64,000 nucleotides of DNA from contig JAEWTV010000128.1 in NCBI GenBank assembly GCA_023397675.1, forward strand, positions 76,900 through 140,899, written 5' to 3'. Below, piece after piece: positions 57,249 to 64,000 of the stretch. Below the pieces are notes generated by a model. The model had not been told where the DNA came from. It did not search any database and was given only the letters and a program-made list of their open reading frames with translations. Source of the DNA: Bacillota bacterium. GTDB lineage: Bacteria; Bacillota; Clostridia; Acetivibrionales; JANLFN01. The stretch's first letter is position 1, and the number at the start of each line of letters is the position of its first letter. The translations under genes were made by a program, and so were the position numbers.

Positions 57249-58424
57249 TTGAGTTTTCCTGAAAGCAATAAACCGGAGAATAAAGGTAAAAAAATAAATA
57301 TACTGATGTTTATTCTGCTTTGCTTGATAATAGCAGGATTGGGTTTTTATGCGTATGCTAAAAGTCACAATATTAGTCTTGAAAGTATTAACCCCTTTAA
57401 AAGCTCATCCTCCACAAAAGCCGCAGTAAGCGAGCAGCCAGTTAAAATAAAGTACGATTCCATTGACCATCCTGATTTCACTATTCAAAATGAAACAATA
57501 ATTAAATATACCAAAGACTACATAAAAGGGATTGGCAAAAACGGTGACGAGGTATGGGCTGTTCAGCTTAATACATCCAATCCGATGGTAAAAGTATCGG
57601 ACAGCGGGATACTTGTTGCAGATATTGGTGGTAAGGATATTTATGTTGTGAGCAATAAGGAAATAAAGTGGAGTAAAAAGCTTGATGATAATATAATTAA
57701 TGCGGACATAAATGATAAAGGCTACGTTACAGTTGTTCATGAAGCCAAGGGTTATAGAAATGCTGTTACTGAGTTTAATTCCCAGGGGGAAAAATATTTT
57801 ACTCGGTTTATTAACGAAACAAATGTACTTTGTGCCAGGGCATCTTCCTCAGGGGACAAGGTTATTATAAGTAGTATCGATACCAACGGAGTAACCGCAG
57901 ATACAAATATTGAATTTACTGACAAGCTGGGCAAACCACTATCTAAGGCTGTTAAAAAGGACTCCGTTATGCCCTATGTAAATTTTATCGGAAAAGATTA
58001 TGTTCTTGCAGTAGGTAATTACTTACTAACACTTTATGACGATACTTATAAAGAGAAATGGAATATGGATTTCAAAAACAGTGAAATTTACAGCACCATT
58101 GTAGTTGCAGGTAAGTATGCCGTAGCTGCTGTGGGGGGAGAAGAGCGGAACGGTTCGACTGCCGATACCATTTCCATTAAAATTATTGATATCGATGGTA
58201 AAGTTGCAGGAGAGTACAAGGTCAATGCGGAAGTAAAAAGTATATATTCATACGGCAAAACAATTGCGATAAATACAGGAAGACAGGTGTTTTTTATAAA
58301 TACCTCTGCTGAATTAATAAAAAAGTTTGATTCTCAAAATGATATTACAAAGGTTTGCTTCTTTGACAGTAGTGAGGCAATAATAGTATCAAAGTCTGAT
58401 GTAGAAATTTTTAAAATAAATTAA
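57249..58424 (+). CDS. Hypothetical membrane-anchored beta-propeller-like protein (possibly DUF5711)
   Basis: N-terminal TM segment (ILMFILLCLIIAGLGFYAY) followed by repetitive beta-strand-rich sequence. Confidence 0.55.
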   Translation: MSFPESNKPENKGKKINILMFILLCLIIAGLGFYAYAKSHNISLESINPFKSSSSTKAAVSEQPVKIKYDSIDHPDFTIQNETIIKYTKDYIKGIGKNGDEVWAVQLNTSNPMVKVSDSGILVADIGGKDIYVVSNKEIKWSKKLDDNIINADINDKGYVTVVHEAKGYRNAVTEFNSQGEKYFTRFINETNVLCARASSSGDKVIISSIDTNGVTADTNIEFTDKLGKPLSKAVKKDSVMPYVNFIGKDYVLAVGNYLLTLYDDTYKEKWNMDFKNSEIYSTIVVAGKYAVAAVGGEERNGSTADTISIKIIDIDGKVAGEYKVNAEVKSIYSYGKTIAINTGRQVFFINTSAELIKKFDSQNDITKVCFFDSSEAIIVSKSDVEIFKIN

Positions 58425-58457
58425 TAAACAGATTAATTTGAAATTCGGGGGTGCATC

Positions 58458-59162
58458 TTGAACTACATTGATATTATTGTGATAGCGGTTATTATTGGTT
58501 TTGCCTTTTTTGGCATGAAAACAGGGTTCTTGCTTTCGGCATATAGAATCGCATCCTTTTTCCTGTCAATCTTTCTTGCAATTAAGCTATATCCTATATT
58601 TTCAAAACTCATGCAAAAAACATTCATTTTTACCAGTATAAGAAATTCGATCTATGGAAGTCTTGTTAAACAATCTCCAGAGGCAGCAGGGCAGGTAAAA
58701 CAGGTTGCTGCCGACACTGTAATCAGTAATATGAATATGCCTGGCTTCCTCAAGCCTGTGGTAAGAAATACGGTAGTGGATAAAATTGATCCGACAAAGC
58801 TTATTGATACATCAAAGGTTATGGGTACGGTAAGTGATGCATTGGCAAAAATAGTTATGGATGTATTAAGCCTTATTCTCCTTTACATACTTATTAGAGT
58901 GGCTCTCGTATTCTTCAAATTTGTAATAAAGGGCCTTACAAAGCTTCCGATTCTAAAGCAGGTAAACAATCTTGGCGGATTCATTCTTGGCGCAGTAGAA
59001 GGCGTTCTTGCCCTCTATATCGCATTTGCTTTAATTACTTTGTTCCATACCTCCGGTGGAATGGCCGGTTTATTTACAAGCATTGACAACTCCCTTATTG
59101 CCAGGACTTTTTATGAGCATAACTTTATTGTAAATTGGATGTTCCCGAGCAAGGGAGCGTAG
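58458..59162 (+). CDS. cvpA: CvpA family membrane protein
   Basis: N-terminus NYIDIIVIAVIIGFAFFGMKTGF and a four-TM organisation typical of CvpA. TTG start after GGGGG. Confidence 0.7.
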   Translation: MNYIDIIVIAVIIGFAFFGMKTGFLLSAYRIASFFLSIFLAIKLYPIFSKLMQKTFIFTSIRNSIYGSLVKQSPEAAGQVKQVAADTVISNMNMPGFLKPVVRNTVVDKIDPTKLIDTSKVMGTVSDALAKIVMDVLSLILLYILIRVALVFFKFVIKGLTKLPILKQVNNLGGFILGAVEGVLALYIAFALITLFHTSGGMAGLFTSIDNSLIARTFYEHNFIVNWMFPSKGA

Positions 59163-59164
59163 TA

Positions 59165-59242
59165 AGTTTACAGTTGGCAATGTACAATGTACAGTTAACT
59201 GCTTATTTAAGTGTACAGTTGATAATGTACAAATTACAGTTA
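59165..59242 (+). repeat. Array A: two tandem 33-bp modules (A1 59165-59197, A2 59210-59242) with TGTACAGTT boxes, plus orientation
   Basis: ACAGTT starts at 59170, 59191, 59215 and 59236 (spacing 21/24/21). The module reads AGTKTACAGTTRRYAATGTACAAWKTACAGTTA. Confidence 0.85.
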
Positions 59243-59390
59243 CAAAACTGCAAAAAGAGTTAATTGACAAAACCTAATACTCTATAATTAATAGTTCAAG
59301 GAATATTCCAAAATCTGTTTTAATGTTAAACTTTGAGTTTCCCTCAAACTATAACACTAACTATGTTTTTAACTATAATTGTACAGTGTA

Positions 59391-59511
59391 TTTTTGCACT
59401 GTATACTGCTCTTTGCTTTTAACTGTAAACCATAAACTGTACACTATCTTTTGCACTGTGCACTGTCTTTGCTTTTAACTGTACATTGTAAATTGTAAAC
59501 TGTACACTATT
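59391..59511 (+). repeat. Array B: tandem ~58/62-bp duplication carrying the same module in inverted orientation
   Basis: B1 is 59391-59448 and B2 is 59449-59511 (TTTTGCACTGT..CTTTGCTTTTAACTGTA..AAACTGTACACTAT). B2 59476-59508 matches module D1 at 31/33 positions. Confidence 0.85.
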
Positions 59512-59632
59512 ATGTATGTTAATGAAAACAATCAATGAGTCTTTTTAAATATTAATGAATTCTGCCTTTTGCTGCCATGTTATAGACAATTAATGTGTTA
59601 GCTAGTAAAATTAAAATACAAACACTAAATTT

Positions 59633-59653
59633 ATAGCCGGATAATCCGGCTAT
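59633..59653 (+). other. Hairpin in the ilvD leader (possible weak terminator/attenuator)
   Basis: ATAGCCGGA/TCCGGCTAT 9-bp stem with a 3-nt loop, followed by TATTATA rather than a clean U-tract. Confidence 0.3.
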
Positions 59654-59705
59654 TATTATACCTGTAAGATTAAGTCAAAAGTTTTTATAGAAGGTGGTAA
59701 ATGCC

Positions 59706-61364
59706 ATGCGAAGTGATACAGTAAAAAAAGGAATTGAACGTGCACCGCATAGATCGCTCTTTAAAGCAATGGGATATACGGATGAAGAAATCAGCAGGCC
59801 TCTCATTGGCGTAGTCAACTCAAAAAGTGAGATAATTCCGGGGCACATAAATCTGGATAAAATAGCTGAAGCGGTTAAAGCCGGAATCAGGATGGCCGGG
59901 GGGACTCCAATAGAATTTGGAGCTATAGGAGTGTGTGATGGAATTGCAATGGGTCATACCGGTATGAAATACTCCCTTGCAACCAGAGAATTGATTGCTG
60001 ATTCCTGTGAAGCGATGGGAATGGCCCACAGCTTTGATGGGATGGTTTTTATACCCAACTGTGACAAGATAGTTCCCGGTATGATAATGGCAGCCGCAAG
60101 AATAAATGTACCCTCTGTTGTAATAAGCGGGGGACCGATGCTTTCAGTGAACCGTAATGGAAAACAGCTTGATTTTAACAGTATGATGGAAGCTGTTGGC
60201 GCTGTTAAAGCGGGGAAAATGACTGAAGAGGAAATGTGTGACCTTGAAAACCATGCCTGCCCAGGCTGCGGTTCATGCTCAGGTATGTTTACGGCAAATT
60301 CCATGAACTGCTTGACAGAGGTCTTGGGAATGGGGCTTACGGGCAATGGTACAATTCCGGCGGTTTATGCAGAAAGGATACGTCTTGCTAAAACAGCAGG
60401 TATGAAGGTTATGGAATTGGTGGAAAAAAACATCAGACCTTCAGATATCCTTACACAAAAGGCTTTCCAAAATGCATTGACTGTTGATATGGCTCTTGGA
60501 TGCTCTACAAATTCGGTACTTCACTTGCCCGCAATTGCCAATGAGGTTGGAATAGAAATTAACCTTGATATTATAAATGAAATTAGTGCTAGGGTTCCAA
60601 ACCTATGCAAGCTCTCACCGGCAGGACAACATCATATACAGGATTTATATACTGCAGGTGGTGTTCAGGCCGTGATGAAGGAGCTGTCCAAAAAGAATCT
60701 TCTTCACCTTGACCTGATAACAGCTACAGGTAAAAAAGTTGGTGAAAACATAGAGAATGCAAAGGTTCTTGATAATGAAGTCATAAGGGATATAGACAAT
60801 CCTTACAGCACAACCGGGGGGATAGCAGTCCTCCGTGGGAATATAGCTCCAGATGGGGCTGTTGTAAAACGTTCTGCCGTAGCTAAGGAAATGCTGGCTC
60901 ATAAAGGGCCTGCAAGGGTTTTTGATTCAGAAGATGACGCCATTGAAGCAATTTATAACGGAAAAATTATTAAAGGCGACGTTATAGTAATACGTTACGA
61001 AGGTCCAAAAGGTGGTCCTGGAATGAGAGAAATGCTTGGACCCACTTCGGCTATAGCTGGGATGGGATTGGATAAGGATGTTGCCTTAATTACAGATGGA
61101 AGGTTTTCTGGGGCATCGAGAGGGGCATCAATAGGGCATGTTTCACCTGAAGCTATGGAAGGCGGTCCTGTTGCATTTATTAAAGAAGGAGATATTGTAA
61201 GTATAGATATACCAGCCGGCAAGCTTGATATAGAAGTAAGCAGTGAAGAAATTGAAAGAAGAATGAAGGAATGGAAAGCTCCGCAGCCTAAAATAACATG
61301 GGGATACCTTGGAAGGTATGCAAGACAGGTATCATCCGCAAGCACAGGAGCGGTATTAAAATAG
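59706..61364 (+). CDS. ilvD: Dihydroxy-acid dehydratase
   Basis: [19 protein letters not shown]-terminus, CDKIVPGM and the Fe-S ligand region. AAGGTGG lies 8 nt upstream of ATG 59706. Confidence 0.95.
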   Translation: MRSDTVKKGIERAPHRSLFKAMGYTDEEISRPLIGVVNSKSEIIPGHINLDKIAEAVKAGIRMAGGTPIEFGAIGVCDGIAMGHTGMKYSLATRELIADSCEAMGMAHSFDGMVFIPNCDKIVPGMIMAAARINVPSVVISGGPMLSVNRNGKQLDFNSMMEAVGAVKAGKMTEEEMCDLENHACPGCGSCSGMFTANSMNCLTEVLGMGLTGNGTIPAVYAERIRLAKTAGMKVMELVEKNIRPSDILTQKAFQNALTVDMALGCSTNSVLHLPAIANEVGIEINLDIINEISARVPNLCKLSPAGQHHIQDLYTAGGVQAVMKELSKKNLLHLDLITATGKKVGENIENAKVLDNEVIRDIDNPYSTTGGIAVLRGNIAPDGAVVKRSAVAKEMLAHKGPARVFDSEDDAIEAIYNGKIIKGDVIVIRYEGPKGGPGMREMLGPTSAIAGMGLDKDVALITDGRFSGASRGASIGHVSPEAMEGGPVAFIKEGDIVSIDIPAGKLDIEVSSEEIERRMKEWKAPQPKITWGYLGRYARQVSSASTGAVLK

Positions 61365-61367
61365 TTA

Positions 61368-61470
61368 ATAGTGTACAATTTACAGATTACGGTTAAAAGC
61401 TAAATTACAAGTTTTCTGTTAGAGCAAGGTATTGTACATTATAAAAGATGTTATACATTTTGCAGTTAAA
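61368..61470 (+). repeat. Array C: degenerate plus-orientation TGTACA/ACAGTT-like boxes directly after the ilvD stop
   Basis: AGTGTACAATTTACAGATTA, ATTACAAGTT, ATTGTACATTA, TGCAGTTAAA. It resembles array A only loosely. Confidence 0.5.
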
Positions 61471-61642
61471 TTTAAGATTAGCGTTTGTTAAAGCGATTTT
61501 GAAAGTTAAAGTTAATAATAAACATTATTGATATATGTAAAATATCCACTCAATTGGTTGTTTAATAAAAATAAATACTCAATTAACTATAAGTTTTGAG
61601 ATATTAACTAAAATTAAGTATTAATATTTTTTTATACGCAGT

Positions 61643-61713
61643 TAACTGTACCTTGTACATTATCAATTGTACACTTACTATAACTGTACATTGTACATTG
61701 TTAACTGTACACT
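61643..61713 (-). repeat. Array D: two tandem 33-bp modules (D2 61643-61675, D1 61681-61713) in minus orientation, ending 7 nt before the ilvB SD
   Basis: The reverse complement of D1 matches A1 at 30/33 positions, including an exact 20-mer CAATGTACAATGTACAGTTA. The reverse complement of D2 matches A2 at 30/33. Confidence 0.85.
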
Positions 61714-61734
61714 CGAAGAAGGGGTGGTGTGGTT

Positions 61735-63402
61735 ATGAAGTTGAATGGTTCTGAGATTTTAATGGAATGTCTGCTGGAACAAGGAGTTGATACGGTCTTT
61801 GGGTTCCCAGGCGGTGCTGTGCTGAATATATATGATGCTTTATATAAGTATAAGGATAAGATAAGACATATCTTAACTTCACATGAACAGGGTGCGGCGC
61901 ATGCTGCAGACGGTTATGCCAGAGCTACTGGAAAGGTTGGCGTTTGTATAGCCACATCAGGCCCGGGTGCAACAAACCTTGTTACTGGAATAGCAACTGC
62001 TTACATGGATTCAATTCCGATGGTTGCCATAACAGGTCAGGTAGCTACAAGCCTGCTGGGAAAGGATTCTTTCCAGGAAGTTGATATTACAGGCATAACA
62101 ATGCCTATTACAAAGCATAATTATATTGTAAAAAATGTTGAAAAGCTTGCGGATACAGTAAGGCAGGCGTTTATAATAGCAGCTGAAGGAAGACCCGGCC
62201 CTGTGCTTATAGATGTCTGCAAGGATGTAAGTGCAGCTTTCACCGAGTATACTCCTAAAAAGGCAGAAAAGCCCCCGGTACTTGAAATAGGTGTAAGTGA
62301 TTATGAAATAGAGAAAGCAGCTGAGACCATTAATGGGTCTAAAAAGCCTTTCATACTTTCTGGTGGTGGGGTTGCTATCTCAGGTGCACACGAAGAGGTG
62401 CTTATGCTTGCTGAAAAGGCAGGTATTCCAGTCTCGACAACTCTTATGGGACTTGGATCATTCCCTGGTAACCATGAGCTGTTTACGGGCCTAATGGGTA
62501 TGCACGGGACTAAAACTTCCAATCTTGCAGTTTCAGAAGCTGATCTGTTTATCGCAATAGGAGCCCGGTTCAGTGACAGGGTCATAAGTAATGTAAACAA
62601 GTTTGCGCCTAAGGCGGAAATTATGCACATTGATATAGATGCTGCTGAAATTGGTAAGAATATTAAAGTAAATCATCCTCTTGTAGGAAATATTAAGATG
62701 ATTCTTCAAGAACTAATTGCCAAGGTTGAAAAGAATAGCAGGGCTGAGTGGGTGGAGAAGGCAAATGATTGGAAGCGTGCCTATCCCTTGAAATCAGAAT
62801 GGAATGGCGAACTTAAGCCTCAGTTTATAATCGAGAAAATTTATGAAGTGACCCGCGGAGACGCCCTCATAACAACTGAAGTTGGACAGAATCAGCTTTG
62901 GGCTGCACAGTTCTATAAATATACAAAACCCAGGCAGTATATTTCTTCAGGCGGCCTCGGAACAATGGGTTTTGGTCTTGGAGCATGCATAGGTGCACAA
63001 ATAGGCAGACCTGATAAAAAAGTAATAAATGTTGCCGGCGACGGGAGTTTCAGAATGAACTTGACAGAACTTGCAACAGCTGTAGAATATAAAGTGCCGG
63101 TAATAATTGCTATTTTAAACAACAGGGTTTTGGGAATGGTAAGACAGTGGCAGGAATTATTCTATGCAGGAAGGTATTCGGCGACTACTATTGATAGGGG
63201 TACAGACTTTGTAGCTCTCGCAAAGGCTTTTGGGGCTGAAGGTATAAATGTTTCAAAACCTGAGGAAGTAGCTCCTGCGTTGGAAAAGGCATTAGCCTCT
63301 GTTGATGTTCCGGTAGTTATAAATTTTGAAATAGGTATGAACGAAAAGGTATTTCCGATTGTACCTCCCGGCTCACCAATATATGAAATTATTGAAGGGT
63401 AA
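61735..63402 (+). CDS. ilvB: Acetolactate synthase large (catalytic) subunit, biosynthetic type
   Basis: ThDP-enzyme N-terminus GSEILMECLLEQGVDTVFGFPGG and ThDP motif GDGSF.MN..EL.T. GGGGTGG lies 7 nt upstream of ATG 61735. Confidence 0.93.
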   Translation: MKLNGSEILMECLLEQGVDTVFGFPGGAVLNIYDALYKYKDKIRHILTSHEQGAAHAADGYARATGKVGVCIATSGPGATNLVTGIATAYMDSIPMVAITGQVATSLLGKDSFQEVDITGITMPITKHNYIVKNVEKLADTVRQAFIIAAEGRPGPVLIDVCKDVSAAFTEYTPKKAEKPPVLEIGVSDYEIEKAAETINGSKKPFILSGGGVAISGAHEEVLMLAEKAGIPVSTTLMGLGSFPGNHELFTGLMGMHGTKTSNLAVSEADLFIAIGARFSDRVISNVNKFAPKAEIMHIDIDAAEIGKNIKVNHPLVGNIKMILQELIAKVEKNSRAEWVEKANDWKRAYPLKSEWNGELKPQFIIEKIYEVTRGDALITTEVGQNQLWAAQFYKYTKPRQYISSGGLGTMGFGLGACIGAQIGRPDKKVINVAGDGSFRMNLTELATAVEYKVPVIIAILNNRVLGMVRQWQELFYAGRYSATTIDRGTDFVALAKAFGAEGINVSKPEEVAPALEKALASVDVPVVINFEIGMNEKVFPIVPPGSPIYEIIEG

Positions 63403-63415
63403 GAGTGACACTTGT

Positions 63416-63462
63416 GAGTTTATGGTTTATCCAGCCGGGTGAATCATAAACTCTTGACTTTT
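63416..63462 (+). terminator. Possible terminator after ilvB
   Basis: Perfect 9-bp stem GAGTTTATG/CATAAACTC with a 20-nt loop, followed by a T-containing stretch. Atypical geometry. Confidence 0.35.
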
Positions 63463-63574
63463 AGTAAAATATATGTTAAATTATTTATTGCTTCGTCGTA
63501 AAGGTCTTTTTTTTTATGCAAAAAATATTTTTATTTACGTAGACATAGTAGACCAGAAGCTGGAGGTGTAAAAA

Positions 63575-63724
63575 ATGAGAGTAAAGATCACATTGGCTTG
63601 TTCAGAATGCAAACAGAGAAATTACAACGGCATGAAGAACAAGAAGAATGACCCGGACAGGCTTGAAATGAATAAGTACTGCAGATTTTGCCGCAAACAC
63701 ACAACTCATAAAGAAACAAAATAA
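63575..63724 (+). CDS. rpmG: 50S ribosomal protein L33 (49 aa), missing from the ORF track
   Basis: [49 protein letters not shown] has the CxxC..CxxC zinc ribbon. GGAGGTG lies 6 nt upstream. Conserved rpmG-secE-nusG order. Confidence 0.9.
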   Translation: MRVKITLACSECKQRNYNGMKNKKNDPDRLEMNKYCRFCRKHTTHKETK

Positions 63725-63750
63725 TTAAGAAGAATTGCGAGGATGTTGAT

Positions 63751-63972
63751 ATGGCGGATGTTGCTAAAACTTCAAAACTGAACAACGCTGCTAGGGGTTT
63801 TTCGAGATTCTTTAAGGACGTAAGGTACGAGCTTAAGAAGGTTATATGGCCAACAAGGAGTCAGCTTATCAATAATACCGGAACGGTTTTATTAGCTTGC
63901 TTATTTATAGGCGCTTTGATATGGATTGCTGATGTTTTGATGGATAAGCTTTTGAAGCTGTTCTTTGTCTAA
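63751..63972 (+). CDS. secE: Preprotein translocase subunit SecE
   Basis: RFFKDVRYELKKVIWPTR followed by a single TM helix, directly after rpmG. Confidence 0.85.
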   Translation: MADVAKTSKLNNAARGFSRFFKDVRYELKKVIWPTRSQLINNTGTVLLACLFIGALIWIADVLMDKLLKLFFV

Positions 63973-64000
63973 AAAAGGTAAGGAGGACATAGGACATAAT

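Noticed and set aside
59364-59423. A 19-codon ORF (MFLTIIVQCIFALYTALCF) in the ilvD leader as an Ile/Val/Leu attenuation leader peptide.
   Set aside because: It has no SD and only scattered BCAA codons with no consecutive run. The ORF is a by-product of the repeat sequence, and no obvious terminator/antiterminator alternative is coupled to it. It is kept only as a remote possibility.
59165-59511. The TGTACA-rich arrays as a CRISPR array.
   Set aside because: The repeats are imperfect and occur in both orientations. They are separated by 5-12 bp gaps or by about 150-bp AT-rich cores rather than uniform 30-40-bp unique spacers. No cas genes are nearby.
59165-61713. Two copies of a ~346-bp MITE flanking ilvD.
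   Set aside because: The lengths agree (347 vs 346 bp) and the right arms are about 94% identical. However, the internal cores and the left arm of the second copy align poorly, and I see no target-site duplication. It is retained as an alternative hypothesis inside the main finding rather than called a mobile element.
63973-64000. The start of nusG after secE.
   Set aside because: An AAGGAGG is present at 63981-63987, but no start codon plus reading frame can be established within the remaining bases of the window.

Overview
This 64-kb window looks like core chromosome from a low-GC, spore-forming member of the Clostridia. The lineage call is an inference from gene content: abrB, spmAB, spoIIR, GerM-like and SLH-domain proteins, plus B. 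subtilis-like synteny yaaT-yabB-rsmI-abrB-metG-tatD-yabE-ksgA. Almost every long ORF is an ordinary housekeeping gene (metG, argS, pyrG, ddl, murI, amtB, zapA, hflX, ilvD, ilvB, rpmG, secE, ABC transporters, a P-type ATPase). I found no rRNA, tRNA, CRISPR array, transposase or defence island. Two real genes fall below the ORF-track cutoff: a 56-aa 2x[4Fe-4S] ferredoxin (661-831) and rpmG (63575-63724). The unusual content is non-coding. (1) A 33-bp module carrying TGTACAGTT boxes at 21-bp phasing occurs in arrays, in opposite orientations. The arrays sit in both intergenic regions around ilvD and end 7 nt before the ilvB Shine-Dalgarno. No T-box is visible, so this is a candidate undescribed regulatory architecture for branched-chain amino acid genes. 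(2) A clear ydaO-type c-di-AMP riboswitch with its own terminator lies on the minus strand in front of a DapB paralog that has a C-terminal tail. (3) Two paralogous hairpin elements with compensatory base changes sit downstream of the ferredoxin gene. (4) HflX carries a ~185-aa N-terminal extension with an exact JAMM metalloprotease motif. (5) There is a Met/Pro/Cys-rich low-complexity protein. (6) An ECF-type promoter faces a GH18/stalk-domain gene next to an ECF sigma/anti-sigma/ABC operon. (7) The amtB leader has an attenuator-like terminator, and the leader of a PLP-dependent decarboxylase is highly structured. All coordinates and motif matches were read by eye. Family assignments rest on recognisable motifs, not on database searches.
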